Shown: piece after piece, positions 26,699-39,615 of the stretch
How the letters are laid out: every line of letters starts with the position of its first letter
Position numbering within the stretch: the stretch's first letter is position 1
DNA from: Thermodesulfobacteriota bacterium
GTDB lineage: Bacteria > Desulfobacterota_D > UBA1144 > Nemesobacterales > Mycalebacteriaceae
Length of the DNA: 64,000 bases
Assembly: GCA_965205855.1 (NCBI GenBank)
Contig: OZ242184.1
Location: forward strand, 334,853-398,852
Direction: 5' to 3'
Position numbers and translations under genes: made by a program
The notes under the pieces: generated by a model
Databases searched by the model: none
The model's input: the letters and a program-made list of their open reading frames with translations, nothing else
What the model was told of the DNA's origin: nothing

Positions 26699-27528
26699 TA
26701 TTTAAGAACATCAACAGTGATTTTTTTATCAATAAGCCCTTTTTTAAACGCTTTTTCGTAAAGCAATCCGATTGCCGCTTCGCCGTTCTTTCCAATATCG
26801 CGCGTGTATTCGTTTACATACATCAAAACAAAGCGCTCGGCTTTCTCGCGGCTTATACCCCGTGAAAAACTCATCGCGTATTCAAGCGCCTTGTCCTTGT
26901 TTGAAAGCGCGTATTCTATGCTTTCGCGGTGCAGCCTGAGCGCTTCCGAAGCGATTTCTGCGGGCGTGTTCCTTTTTATCACATTCAGTCCGAGCGGAAG
27001 CGGAAGGGATGTGTCTTTTTTCCACAAAACCCCGAGGTCAAAAACCAGATTCAAGCCTTCGTTTTCGTAGGTAACCTGTCCCTCATGTATGAGAAGTGCG
27101 CAGTCGGTTTTGCCGGATTTTACCGCGTCTGTTACCAGATCAAACGGCATTTCAACCGGCGTGAATCCTTCCGCGTAGAGGCGCAGGAGAAGATACGCGG
27201 TGGTCAGTTCTCCTGGTACCGCAACCGTTTTTCCCTCCACGGAATCAAAATTGGAGAGAGAAACCACCACCGGGCCGTAGCCAATTCCCATGCTTGCCCC
27301 GCATGACATCACGCGGTAACGGTCTTTGACGGTGGGATAGTTGCGTGCCGATATGGCGGTCATTTCAAGCTCGCCCCGAAGTGCTCTTTCGTTTAAAGAC
27401 TGTATATCTTCAACCACATGAACGATTTCCAGAAGCGGTGAGGAAACTGCCCCGCATGACATCGCGTAAAACATAAAAGCGTCATCGGCGTCCGGGCTGT
27501 GTCCGAGTTTCATGGAAATTTTTTTCAT
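26698..27528 (-). CDS. mqnD: 1,4-dihydroxy-6-naphthoate synthase (futalosine pathway; MqnA/MqnD superfamily)
   Basis: N-terminal LGHSPDADDAFMFYAM resembles the MqnD SPCPND motif. Periplasmic-binding-protein-like fold family, adjacent to mqnA. Confidence 0.5.
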   Translation of the reverse strand: MKKISMKLGHSPDADDAFMFYAMSCGAVSSPLLEIVHVVEDIQSLNERALRGELEMTAISARNYPTVKDRYRVMSCGASMGIGYGPVVVSLSNFDSVEGKTVAVPGELTTAYLLLRLYAEGFTPVEMPFDLVTDAVKSGKTDCALLIHEGQVTYENEGLNLVFDLGVLWKKDTSLPLPLGLNVIKRNTPAEIASEALRLHRESIEYALSNKDKALEYAMSFSRGISREKAERFVLMYVNEYTRDIGKNGEAAIGLLYEKAFKKGLIDKKITVDVLK

Positions 27529-27565
27529 AATTGTGTTTCCGTCTCCTCGCGGGTTTACCCTGTGA

Positions 27566-28399
27566 TTAGGGGTAGAAGTTAACCTTGATTTCGCCCGCGG
27601 TTTGTCGTTTCGGGTTTTGTTCGCGTTCTCCGAGTTTAGAGATGAGCAGTCCGAACTTCAACAGACCCTCAATTTCCTCCGGGCCCAGATTGTATCTTAT
27701 TTTGTTTTCAAGGTAGTCGCGGCAGATTTTTTCGCTGAGTTTCGGAGACGGGCGCTGTGTTTGTGCTATCTCCGGAAGCATTTTCATTCCTCTGTTTTTT
27801 GAAGAAATAAGCGCTTGCACGGCGCGGGCGGGGTTGAAGCCAGGGCGTGCCGCGAAGACTGCGTAAACAAAGGGCAGTCCTGTAATTTCAGTCCAAATCT
27901 CGCCTAGGTCAAAACATAAGGGAAACCCTTCGGGCGGAGACGTAGAAAGCTCAAGCCCGGCGTTCCCTATGACGAGACCCGCGTCAACTTCCGTAAAAAA
28001 CCGACCGCCGTATTCGCGTTTTTTATAAGCGGGCTTTACGCCGTTGAATAACTCAAGTATTACCCTGAGCATCATCGCCGAACTGCTGGAGCCGGAGTCC
28101 ACGGCGACAGTTTTGATTTCCTCAAGCGGTTTTGTGGAAAAAACGACCACACTGCTCACTTTTCCGAAAGACGATATGCAGACATCTCTAAAAACCCTGA
28201 AACCGGGGTGGCTGAAGATGTCTGCCGCAGGCAGAAGAGATATGTCAACTTCGCCGTTCAGCATGATTTCGCAAAGACCCGAAGGGGGATGCTCGGACAC
28301 CTCAAATCCTTGCGTTATGATTTCCGACCCAAGGTCGTGAACAAGCGGTTTTGTGTTCAGAAAAGGCGGAACACCAATTTTAATTTTATCTGCTGGCAA
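27566..28399 (-). CDS. mqnA: chorismate dehydratase (futalosine pathway)
   Basis: N-terminal IGVPPFLNTKPLVHDL resembles MqnA (IGxIxYLNxxPL). Same family as its neighbour. Confidence 0.5.
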   Translation of the reverse strand: MPADKIKIGVPPFLNTKPLVHDLGSEIITQGFEVSEHPPSGLCEIMLNGEVDISLLPAADIFSHPGFRVFRDVCISSFGKVSSVVVFSTKPLEEIKTVAVDSGSSSSAMMLRVILELFNGVKPAYKKREYGGRFFTEVDAGLVIGNAGLELSTSPPEGFPLCFDLGEIWTEITGLPFVYAVFAARPGFNPARAVQALISSKNRGMKMLPEIAQTQRPSPKLSEKICRDYLENKIRYNLGPEEIEGLLKFGLLISKLGEREQNPKRQTAGEIKVNFYP

Positions 28400-28416
28400 A
28401 TCCGGTCTCTCACTCG

Positions 28417-29496
28417 CTAAGCGCGCGCATCATGGCTGCCATCAGAGCTTCGCCATTCCGAAGGGATAAATATCTTTTTGAAAACCGAAACCGCATATGA
28501 ATCTGTCATTCCCGCAATAAAATCGCAAACCGCTCTCTCATGAGTGTCTTCGGGATGCAGGGGTTTGATTCCCCATTTCTCTTCAGCCTCGCGGGCGTTT
28601 TCACAGAAATGTATGTAAAGAGATTTGACAATCTGCCCGCCTTTTTCCGCTTCCGTTTTGACCTTTTCCATCAAATAAACCCTGTTGAACATATATTCCC
28701 TGATTCCAACCATGGCCTCTTCAAATTCGGGGCTGATTGATATTTTTTTGTATTTTTCAAGCATACTCTGTGAGACAATGTCTCTTACGGTTCTGTCCAG
28801 CCTTTTTGAACAGTCTTTGCCGAGAACCCTGACGCATTCCTTCGGTAGGTCATCTTCCGATATGATTCCCGACCTTACCGCATCGTCTATATCGTGATTC
28901 GCGTAGGCAAGCATGTCCGACACTCTTACCACTTGACCCTCAAGGGTTTCGGGCGCGTTTTTCCCGCCATCTATGGGACCGCGTCCCTTTGAGTGTTTCG
29001 CTATTCCATCCAGCACTTCATGGGTCAGATTCAACCCCTTTCCCCGGTTTTCAAGGGAAACTGCAACCCGCACACTGTGCTTCACGTGTGAAAAACCTTC
29101 TGGAAAAACATCGTTCAACGCTCTTTCCCCCGTGTGCCCGAAAGGCGTATGCCCTATGTCGTGTCCCATCGCTATGGCTTCGGTCAGGTCTTCATTCAGG
29201 GAAAGTGCCCTCGCTATCGTGCGCGCGATTTGGGAAACCTCAAGTACGTGAGTCAGGCGGGTTCTGTAATGGTCATTAGTTGGAGAGAGAAACACTTGCG
29301 TTTTATGCTTCATTCGCCGGAAGGTTTTGGAATGGATAATGCGGTCTCTGTCGCGCTGGAAGGGTGTTCTCATAAAGCACTCATCTTCGGGTCTGGCTCT
29401 TCCTTTTGATTCTGAACTCAGAGTCGCAAAAGGGGAGAGCAAGATGCTCTCTTTTTCCTGAAACTTTTCCCGGATGGATTTTCCTTTCTTATTCAT
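28417..29496 (-). CDS. dGTP triphosphohydrolase-like HD-domain phosphohydrolase
   Basis: HD motif [10 protein letters not shown]. About 360 aa short dGTPase family. Confidence 0.75.
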   Translation of the reverse strand: MNKKGKSIREKFQEKESILLSPFATLSSESKGRARPEDECFMRTPFQRDRDRIIHSKTFRRMKHKTQVFLSPTNDHYRTRLTHVLEVSQIARTIARALSLNEDLTEAIAMGHDIGHTPFGHTGERALNDVFPEGFSHVKHSVRVAVSLENRGKGLNLTHEVLDGIAKHSKGRGPIDGGKNAPETLEGQVVRVSDMLAYANHDIDDAVRSGIISEDDLPKECVRVLGKDCSKRLDRTVRDIVSQSMLEKYKKISISPEFEEAMVGIREYMFNRVYLMEKVKTEAEKGGQIVKSLYIHFCENAREAEEKWGIKPLHPEDTHERAVCDFIAGMTDSYAVSVFKKIFIPSEWRSSDGSHDARA

Positions 29497-30254
29497 ATCC
29501 TTACGGAAACCCCCCTTGAGGCGAGATAATGCTTTGTTTCCATTATGCGGCAGTCTCCGTAGTGAAAAATTGAGGCGGCAAGCAGGGCGTCCGCTCCTCC
29601 GGCGGTGGCTCCCTCAAAGAAATGTTCCTGCAACCCAACCCCTCCGGATGCGATAACGGGGATTTTTACCCTTTCGCAAACCGCTTTTACAAGAGGTATG
29701 TCATAGCCCGCACGCGTACCGTCCCTATCCATACTTGTAAGCAAAATTTCCCCGCAGCCCGCCTTCTCCATCTTTTCCGCCCATTTTACTGCGTCAATAT
29801 CCGTGGGCTTTCTTCCGCCGTGCGTATGGACTTCCCATAAACCATCTTTGCCCGTGGAGCGTGCGTCAACTGCGACCACAATGCACTGACTTCCAAATTT
29901 CTTCGCGCCGTCGCGCACAATGGCCGGGTCCGCGACCGCAGCGGTGTTTATCACAACTTTGTCTGCTCCGGCGAGAAGTATGGCGCGGACATCCTCAAGC
30001 GTTGATATTCCCCCTCCTACCGAGAGTGGAACAAACACATTCTCGGCGGTTTTTTCAACCACATCGATGATTGTTTTTCTGCCCTCATGCGATGCGGTTA
30101 TGTCAAGAAAAGCTATCTCGTCCGCCCCTTCTTCCGAATAGCGCGCCGCACATTCAGCCGGGTCTCCGGCGTCTTTCAACTCCACAAATTTGACGCCCTT
30201 TACAACTCTGCCATCCTTGACATCAAGACACGGAATAATGCGCTTTGAGAGCAA
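29493..30254 (-). CDS. hisF: imidazole glycerol phosphate synthase cyclase subunit
   Basis: [21 protein letters not shown]-terminus and a (beta/alpha)8 phosphate-binding motif. Confidence 0.9.
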   Translation of the reverse strand: MLSKRIIPCLDVKDGRVVKGVKFVELKDAGDPAECAARYSEEGADEIAFLDITASHEGRKTIIDVVEKTAENVFVPLSVGGGISTLEDVRAILLAGADKVVINTAAVADPAIVRDGAKKFGSQCIVVAVDARSTGKDGLWEVHTHGGRKPTDIDAVKWAEKMEKAGCGEILLTSMDRDGTRAGYDIPLVKAVCERVKIPVIASGGVGLQEHFFEGATAGGADALLAASIFHYGDCRIMETKHYLASRGVSVRI

Positions 30255-30256
30255 TG

Positions 30257-30979
30257 TCAGGAAAACCTCCGAATGGCGCGCTCAAGTTTGATTCCGCCCG
30301 AATAGATAGCTCTTCCCACTATCACGCCCCGAAGCCCGGCGCTCTCAAAAGGTAGGATTTTCTCTATGTCTTCCTCGCACGAAACTCCCCCGGAAGTTAA
30401 GACCGGAATCTTACATATGCCGAGAAAATCCTCCAGACGCGACAAATCAACCCCGCTCATTGTTCCGTCCCTATCAATATCGGTTCTGATTATGAGACTG
30501 ATTCCCGAGTCCTCAAGCATTGAGATTGCCTGTACCACAGAAACCCCTGAATTCTCCGTCCACCCTTTGACCGCAACCGAGTTTCCCCGAGTATCAAGCC
30601 CGACCGCTATTCTACCAGGAAAATCCTCGCACGCCCTTTTTAAAAAGCCGTTTTCTTCAAGCGCCGCGGTGCCGATTATCACCGTTCGCACTCCGCTCGA
30701 AAGGTATATCCTCACAGCTTCAATATCTCTGATTCCTCCCCCCACCTGCACCGGGCATGACACGGACTCCGCGATGGAAGTTATCAAATCGGTATTTTCT
30801 GGCTCTCCGTTAAACGCGCCGTCCAAATCAACAAGGTGTATGAGTTCCGCCCCGCATCTTTCCCATTCCCGCGCTACTGCGACCGGGTCGTCCGAGAAAA
30901 CGGTTTCGGTTCCTTTCTCTCCTCTTACAAGCCGGACGCATTTCCCTTCCCTGATATCTATGGCGGGTATTACTATCAT
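30257..30979 (-). CDS. hisA: ProFAR isomerase
   Basis: [18 protein letters not shown]-terminus. Overlaps or abuts hisF. Confidence 0.85.
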   Translation of the reverse strand: MIVIPAIDIREGKCVRLVRGEKGTETVFSDDPVAVAREWERCGAELIHLVDLDGAFNGEPENTDLITSIAESVSCPVQVGGGIRDIEAVRIYLSSGVRTVIIGTAALEENGFLKRACEDFPGRIAVGLDTRGNSVAVKGWTENSGVSVVQAISMLEDSGISLIIRTDIDRDGTMSGVDLSRLEDFLGICKIPVLTSGGVSCEEDIEKILPFESAGLRGVIVGRAIYSGGIKLERAIRRFS

Positions 30980-31063
30980 TGCAACCGTCTAATATACATA
31001 CAACCGCCTGCGCGCGATTTATGGGATTTTTAACCTCTCTCGACAGCGTATATAATCTAACCG

Positions 31064-31480
31064 ATGAATTACTGGCTCGTTAAGTCCGAACCGTTCAAAT
31101 ATTCATGGAAAGATTTTGTTCGCGACGGTCGCACATACTGGGACGGAGTCCGCAACTATCAGGCACGCAACAACCTTTCGGCGATGAAAAACGGCGATTT
31201 GGCTCTTTTCTACCACAGCAATGAGGGGCGTGAAGTTGTCGGAGTGGCAAAGGTGGTCAAGGAGAGCTACCGAGACCCCACAACCGATGATGAGCGATGG
31301 GTTGCCGTTGATTTTGAGCCAGACTCGGTTTTTGAGCACCCGGTCGGGCTTGGTGATATTAAAACCGACCCGGTTTTGAAAGAAATGAGCATTGTAAAAC
31401 AGAGTCGGCTTTCGGTGATGCCGGTTTCAAAAAAACATTTTCATGTTGTTCTTAGAAAAGGGAAAAACAGACCTCTGTGA
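31064..31480 (+). CDS. EVE (PUA-like) domain protein
   Basis: MNYWLVKSEP...YWDGVRNYQARNNL signature. Confidence 0.7.
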   Translation: MNYWLVKSEPFKYSWKDFVRDGRTYWDGVRNYQARNNLSAMKNGDLALFYHSNEGREVVGVAKVVKESYRDPTTDDERWVAVDFEPDSVFEHPVGLGDIKTDPVLKEMSIVKQSRLSVMPVSKKHFHVVLRKGKNRPL

Positions 31481-32457
31481 TGGCCCTTTCAACCAATCCC
31501 GAAGAGCTTGTAAGCGAGATGTTACGCGGCAACAGAGGAGCGCTTGCGCGTCTTATAAGTCTCGCCGAAGGGGGAAAGATAAACACGGTTGAGGTTCTCG
31601 CCCGCGCGGGAGCCGAAGAAGGAGTCCCCGCGGTTATCGGAATAACCGGGCCTCCCGGAGCCGGTAAAAGCACACTTATGGATAAACTTGTGGGGAATTT
31701 CCGCACTTCGGGGCGCAAAGTCGGAGTCATAGCCGTGGACCCCTCAAGCCCTTTCACGGGCGGGGCGTTGCTTGGAGACCGCGTGCGCATGGGGAACCAC
31801 TCCGGAGACGAGGGGGTTTTTATCAGAAGCCTCGGTTCGCGCGGTTCCCTCGGAGGGCTTTCCCGCGCGACTTCGGATATCATCAAACTTATGGGAGCTT
31901 TCGGGGCGGACTATATGCTGGTTGAAACGGTGGGCGTCGGTCAGAGCGAACTTGATATTGTGGGAGTGGCGGACACGGTGGTTGTCGTTCTGGTTCCCGA
32001 ATCCGGAGACTCAATACAGACCATGAAAGCGGGAATAATGGAAATCGGCGATGTGTTTGTTGTGAACAAATCGGACAGAAAAAACGCCGAAGCGCTGGCG
32101 GCGGAAATACGCGGCACGATTTCTATAAGAGCCGCGAGGGGAGCCGGTTGGCACGCACCGGTTCTTTTGACACAGGCCGTTGGGGGACAAGGTGTCGGCG
32201 AACTTGCCTTGGAGATTGAAAATCACGGGAAGTTTCTTGAGCAAAGCGGACTCCTGAGAGAAAAAAGGCGAAAAAGAATTAAAAAAGACCTTATGGAGGA
32301 AGTGAGCGGAATTCTCGCCTCCTTTGCGTTGGAGGTCGTGGCGGACGACAGAGACGGAGCGGAAATCGTGGTGGAGGTTCTCGACGGCAGTATTTCGGTG
32401 CATGACGGAGCGAAAAAGATAGCCGCGATTGTCGCAAACAGAGGCGCAAAGGCATGA
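31477..32457 (+). CDS. meaB: methylmalonyl-CoA mutase-associated GTPase (MeaB/ArgK family)
   Basis: P-loop GITGPPGAGKST, DxxG, and a NKSD-type NKxD motif (VVNKSD). Confidence 0.8.
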   Translation: MMALSTNPEELVSEMLRGNRGALARLISLAEGGKINTVEVLARAGAEEGVPAVIGITGPPGAGKSTLMDKLVGNFRTSGRKVGVIAVDPSSPFTGGALLGDRVRMGNHSGDEGVFIRSLGSRGSLGGLSRATSDIIKLMGAFGADYMLVETVGVGQSELDIVGVADTVVVVLVPESGDSIQTMKAGIMEIGDVFVVNKSDRKNAEALAAEIRGTISIRAARGAGWHAPVLLTQAVGGQGVGELALEIENHGKFLEQSGLLREKRRKRIKKDLMEEVSGILASFALEVVADDRDGAEIVVEVLDGSISVHDGAKKIAAIVANRGAKA

Positions 32458-33881
32458 AAAAGCAGATACTGATAAGCCGCACGCTCGGAGAGATACGCAT
32501 AGCGGTAATAGAAGACGGTGTTCTTGCCGAGTTTCAAGTGGGACGGGACACGAGTTCGCGCATATCGGGGAATATTTACAAGGCGAAGGTTCTGAATGTC
32601 ATTCACGGAATAAGGGCGGTTTTTGTTGACATAGGAATGGGAAAAGCGGGCATTGTCTCATGGAAGGACATAATACGCACCGAGAATACGGTCGCGTCCG
32701 CAAGTCCGGTTACCGAAGGCGAAGACATCATAGTGCAAGCAGTCAAGGAGCCGGTTGCCAACAAAGGGCCGAGAATGAAGGCGCGCGCTACGCTTGTCGG
32801 CAAGTATGTGATTCTTTCAACGGGCTCCGATAAAACCCGCATCTCAAGAAAAATCGGCAGCGGAGCTGGCAGACAACGGTTCGGCAAGGCGCTTGAGGAG
32901 TTGCGTCCACGCGACATGGGTCTGATAGCGCGCACCGCGGCGGTTGAAACGGATATTCATCTCATTGAAAAAGAGGTGAAAAAACTACAAGGACTCTGGG
33001 CAAACATAACGCAGCTTTCCCGCATAATGCCGTCTCCATCGCTTCTTTACGAGGAGCCGCCGACATACCTCGGCATGATACGGGACTTTGCCTCGCCGGA
33101 GGATGAGATAATCGTAGACGACTGGGATGTTCTGCTTGAGATAAACCGATATGTTGAAGAGAACTTTCCCGGCGAGTGCATATCCATCGGATATCACTAT
33201 CCGGATTCCCCGCTTTTCAAGGATTTTGGAGTGGAGGAAGAGACGGAAGGCATATACAGAAGAAACATCAACCTGAAATCTGGCGGCGACATGATTATAG
33301 AGGAGGCGGAAGGTCTTACGGTAATAGATGTGAACACGGGGTCTGCGACGGACGGAGGCGGAAAAACTTTGTTCAGAACAAACACCGAAGCCGCCGCGGA
33401 AGCTGCCCGTCAGATAAGGCTGAGAAATCTGGTCGGAATCATAGTCATAGACTTCATAGATATGCAACCAAATGATATGAAGAAAATTTGCAAAACCTTT
33501 GAGGACGAAATGAGAAAAGACAGGACAAGCCATACAATTTCCGAAATTTCGGAGTTCTGCGTTCTTCATCTCACGCGCAAGAGGTCAAGGGAAAGTGTTG
33601 CAAAAACCCTTTCCTCAGATTGCGAAACCTGCCGTGGAACGGGTCTTGTGAAGTCAAGGGAAACGATTAGTTACGAAGTCATAAGAGAAATAAAACAGCA
33701 CTGCGTTGTCGCACAGGGCGGCGGAATCAGGGTTCGTGCCCATAAGGACATATTTGACACCATTGAGAGTATTGAGCCGGGGTTGTTTCAGGAATTTGAG
33801 CAAAAAGGTGTTAAAATCCTACACGAGGAGACCGATGTCGCCTCGGACGAATTTACGGTAAAAGGAGAATGGAAAACTTGA
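32454..33881 (+). CDS. rng: ribonuclease G/E family endoribonuclease
   Basis: S1 domain GNIYKAKVLNVIHGIRAVFVDIG, catalytic DNase I-like region and Zn-link CxxC. Confidence 0.8.
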   Translation: MKKQILISRTLGEIRIAVIEDGVLAEFQVGRDTSSRISGNIYKAKVLNVIHGIRAVFVDIGMGKAGIVSWKDIIRTENTVASASPVTEGEDIIVQAVKEPVANKGPRMKARATLVGKYVILSTGSDKTRISRKIGSGAGRQRFGKALEELRPRDMGLIARTAAVETDIHLIEKEVKKLQGLWANITQLSRIMPSPSLLYEEPPTYLGMIRDFASPEDEIIVDDWDVLLEINRYVEENFPGECISIGYHYPDSPLFKDFGVEEETEGIYRRNINLKSGGDMIIEEAEGLTVIDVNTGSATDGGGKTLFRTNTEAAAEAARQIRLRNLVGIIVIDFIDMQPNDMKKICKTFEDEMRKDRTSHTISEISEFCVLHLTRKRSRESVAKTLSSDCETCRGTGLVKSRETISYEVIREIKQHCVVAQGGGIRVRAHKDIFDTIESIEPGLFQEFEQKGVKILHEETDVASDEFTVKGEWKT

Positions 33882-34294
33882 CTCAGAAAAGATTGGAAAA
33901 GGGAATGCTTCTTGAGAAGAATTTTGAAACTGATGTTTCAATGGCGGCGGATAGGTTTCATGAAAAATCTCCGAAAGTTTTGTCAACGGCGTCCCTCATA
34001 GGGATTATGCAAACTTCATGTGCGGAGATGATGGCTCCGTTTTTGAATGATGATGAGATGGTTGTCAGTATAAAAATTGAAATGAGCCATTTTGGAGCCG
34101 TTCCGGTCGGAACGACCGTGAAATTAAAAACCGGGATTGCTGAAATTGTCGAGCGTCAGGTGATTTTCAACATTGAAGTTTCGGATGGACGGCAGACAAT
34201 CGCGTCCGGAAAGAACAACATGTTTGTAATTGACAGAGCGAGATTTGAAAGCGGGATAGAAAGATACAAAGCCAAAATGGGAAAAGTTCAATGA
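33869..34294 (+). CDS. hotdog-fold thioesterase-like protein
   Basis: About 140 aa with a thioesterase-superfamily pattern. Overlaps rng by 13 nt. Confidence 0.45.
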   Translation: MENLTQKRLEKGMLLEKNFETDVSMAADRFHEKSPKVLSTASLIGIMQTSCAEMMAPFLNDDEMVVSIKIEMSHFGAVPVGTTVKLKTGIAEIVERQVIFNIEVSDGRQTIASGKNNMFVIDRARFESGIERYKAKMGKVQ

Positions 34295-34716
34295 AGGCGA
34301 ATGAAAACGGAAGTCTTTACCACATAGCAATCGCAGTAAAAGATCTTGCGCAATCTGAAAAACTTTATGAAACGGTTATGGGTCTGAAGGTAACTCATAG
34401 GGAAGAGGTTGCCTCGCAGGGAGTCAAGGCATCAATGCTTCAGCCTAGCAGCGGAGAGGGAACGGCGATTGAGCTGCTTGAGCCTACGGACAAGGATTCG
34501 CCGGTATGGAAGTTTCTTGAAAAGAGAGGAGAGGGGATACACCACATCTGTTTTTTTGTTGATGACATAGAGAAATCCCTCAAGGAATTAAAAGAGCGCG
34601 GAGTTCGGTTGATAGATGAGACGCCTAGAGAGGGCGCTTACAATTCAAAGGTGGCTTTTATTCATCCCAAAGCCGTAAACGGTGTTTTAATAGAACTCGC
34701 CGAAATGCCGGCGTAG
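34291..34716 (+). CDS. mce: methylmalonyl-CoA epimerase (VOC/glyoxalase family)
   Basis: LYHIAIAVKDL and GIHHICFFVDDIEKSLKELKERGVRLID VOC motifs. In the same operon as meaB. Confidence 0.7.
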   Translation: MKANENGSLYHIAIAVKDLAQSEKLYETVMGLKVTHREEVASQGVKASMLQPSSGEGTAIELLEPTDKDSPVWKFLEKRGEGIHHICFFVDDIEKSLKELKERGVRLIDETPREGAYNSKVAFIHPKAVNGVLIELAEMPA

Positions 34717-34721
34717 CGGGT

Positions 34722-34931
34722 TTAACCTTTCGGGGAGCGGAATTCGGAGTTGTCTGTTTTGTTACTTTCGTCTTCGCCGTTCGGGGGAGTTTCTTCCCCG
34801 TCAATCGACCTGCGAAAACTTCTTATTCCTTTTCCAAGCGAAGAGCCGATTGCTCCAAGCCTGCTCGGTCCGAAAACCAGCAGAACAATTACAAGAACAA
34901 TTATAAGTTCGGTTATTCCTACTGAACCCAT
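34722..34931 (-). CDS. tatA: twin-arginine translocase TatA/E
   Basis: MGSVGITELIIVLVIVLLVFGPSRL followed by an amphipathic helix. Confidence 0.8.
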   Translation of the reverse strand: MGSVGITELIIVLVIVLLVFGPSRLGAIGSSLGKGIRSFRRSIDGEETPPNGEDESNKTDNSEFRSPKG

Positions 34932-34998
34932 AGGCTTATGTTACTGAATGAAAACGGGGATTGCAATTGACGTATGTTTTCTCCGCACTGCGGAATTA

Positions 34999-35934
34999 TT
35001 AGGATTGCTCTTCAAGAAATTTTTCCGCGTCAATGGCGGCGGCGCAACCGCTTCCTGCGGCGGTGATTGCTTGTCTGTAACGTCTGTCTTGAACATCTCC
35101 CGCAGCAAAAACACCCGCAATGTTCATCTCGCTTGTGTCGGGTTTTGTGATGAGATAACCGTTCTCATCCATATCCAGCAGATCTTTGAAAATTGAAGTG
35201 TTAGGAATATGCCCTATCGCAAGAAACATTCCCTCGCACGGTTTTTCGGAGGTTTCTCCGGTTTTGAGGTTTTTCAGAATAACGCTTTCGACCCCTTTCT
35301 CTTCGGAGCCGCACACTTCTTCAATTCCGGAGTCCCAGATAAAATCTATCTTTGGATTCTCAAACGCGCGTTCCTGCATTATCTTTGACGCGCGCAGTGT
35401 GTCGCGTCTGTGAATGACGCTAACCTTTGACGCGAATCTTGTGAGGAAATGCGCTTCCTCAAGAGCGCTGTCTCCTCCACCGATAACGACTATCTCCTTG
35501 TCCTTGAAAAAGAACCCGTCGCAAGTCGCGCAGGTGGACACGCCTCTGCCGAGAAGTTTTTTCTCCGATTCAAGTCCGAGCGTTCTCGCGGACGCTCCGG
35601 AGCAGACTATGAGGGTTTCGGCGGTTATTTCTTCGCCGGATGTGGTTGTGATTTTGAAAGGGCGAGACGAAAGGTCAGCGGATGATATCTCGTCATTGAC
35701 GCACTGTGCGCCGAAACGCTGTGCCTGTTTTCTCATTGAGTCTATAAGTTCCGGGCCCTGGACTCCTTCGGGAAAACCGGGGAAGTTCTCAACCTCGGTT
35801 GTGAGCGTCAACTGCCCTCCGGCCTCAAAACCTTCAAAAACAAGCGGTTCAAGGTTTGCCCGTGCCGTGTAGAGTGCGGCGGTCAGCCCTGCAGGGCCCG
35901 AACCCATTATTACAACTTTGAGATGCTTGTCCAT
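34999..35934 (-). CDS. trxB: thioredoxin reductase
   Basis: GSGPAGLTAALYTARANL and the redox-active CATCDGFFF motif. Confidence 0.9.
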   Translation of the reverse strand: MDKHLKVVIMGSGPAGLTAALYTARANLEPLVFEGFEAGGQLTLTTEVENFPGFPEGVQGPELIDSMRKQAQRFGAQCVNDEISSADLSSRPFKITTTSGEEITAETLIVCSGASARTLGLESEKKLLGRGVSTCATCDGFFFKDKEIVVIGGGDSALEEAHFLTRFASKVSVIHRRDTLRASKIMQERAFENPKIDFIWDSGIEEVCGSEEKGVESVILKNLKTGETSEKPCEGMFLAIGHIPNTSIFKDLLDMDENGYLITKPDTSEMNIAGVFAAGDVQDRRYRQAITAAGSGCAAAIDAEKFLEEQS

Positions 35935-35972
35935 AAAACCGGGACTCTGAAAAACCCGTATATTATATTGCC

Positions 35973-36980
35973 ATGCATGAAAATAACAAAATGCGCCAAA
36001 ATAAAGCGGAAGATGAAACTGTTTCCGCTCAATACTCTCGCGCGGAAAAAGACTCCGCCGTTGTTGATATTTCCGGACGAGGCAAGCTTGTTCTCGGCGG
36101 AAAAGACCATTTGAAATTTCTTCAGGGTATGCTCACAAACGATGTTCTGAAACCGCGCGACGGAGAGGGTGCTTACTCCTTTATGCTCAACCAGAAAGGC
36201 AGGGTTCTCACAGACATGAGGCTGTTCAGAAAGGAGCGGGAGACGCTTGTTGACATTGAGGCGCAAGCTGCGGAAAAAACCGCACTGCGCCTGGAAACTT
36301 TTAAACTATCCTACAAGGTTGATATCGCAAGGGACGAAAACCGCGCGCTTTTTCATCTTTTCGGACAGCGCGCGGAAGAAGCCATTGTACGGTTTCTTGA
36401 TTGCGCCGTGAAGATAAAACAGTTTGACCATTTTGACTCCACAGTCGCGGGCGCGCGGGTATGGATGGCGCGGGTTGATAGAAGCGGCAAAACCGGATTT
36501 GACATTGAAGCCGAGCCCGGCAACTCCGGAAAAATACTTGAATTGTTAAAAGAAACCGGCGTTTTTCCGGCAAGCCCCGAAGTTCTTGAAATTATGAGAG
36601 TGGAAGCCGGAATCCCGCGATACGGAAAAGATATGGACGAATCCGTGATAGCGCCGGAAACTGGTCTTTTGCAGGCTGTGTCTTTTGAAAAGGGATGCTA
36701 TGTGGGTCAGGAAATTGTCGCCAGAGCCCACTGGCGGGGCAGGGTGAACAGGCAGCTTTCGGGGTTTTTATTCAGAGGGCAAACTGTGCCGCGCGAAGAA
36801 ACCGGAATTGTTTCTCTGGGTGGAGACGCCATTGGACGTATAACATCTTCGGTTTATTCGCCGCGTTTTGGCGTGGCCGCGATGGGATATATAAGGCGCG
36901 AATTCAAGAGCGTCGGAACGGAAATTAAAACCGAAACGGGACTCGAGGGGAAGGTCGCGGATTTTTCTCCGGACGGGTGA
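35973..36980 (+). CDS. GcvT-like folate-binding protein (YgfZ family)
   Basis: VDISGRGKLVLGGKDHLKFLQGMLTNDV aminomethyltransferase-fold N-terminal signature. The true start may be downstream. Confidence 0.55.
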   Translation: MHENNKMRQNKAEDETVSAQYSRAEKDSAVVDISGRGKLVLGGKDHLKFLQGMLTNDVLKPRDGEGAYSFMLNQKGRVLTDMRLFRKERETLVDIEAQAAEKTALRLETFKLSYKVDIARDENRALFHLFGQRAEEAIVRFLDCAVKIKQFDHFDSTVAGARVWMARVDRSGKTGFDIEAEPGNSGKILELLKETGVFPASPEVLEIMRVEAGIPRYGKDMDESVIAPETGLLQAVSFEKGCYVGQEIVARAHWRGRVNRQLSGFLFRGQTVPREETGIVSLGGDAIGRITSSVYSPRFGVAAMGYIRREFKSVGTEIKTETGLEGKVADFSPDG

Positions 36981-37026
36981 AGATTCCTGTGGAAAAAGAG
37001 CTGTCTGACCGCTCCACAATCTCTGA

Positions 37027-39612
<2,586 letters not shown>

Positions 39613-39615
39613 GTT

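Noticed and set aside
26211-26865. Three ORF-track entries (132, 75 and 99 aa) downstream of rnhA
   Set aside because: They lie entirely within the RNase P RNA gene (P4 and P10-12 signatures), so they are non-coding.
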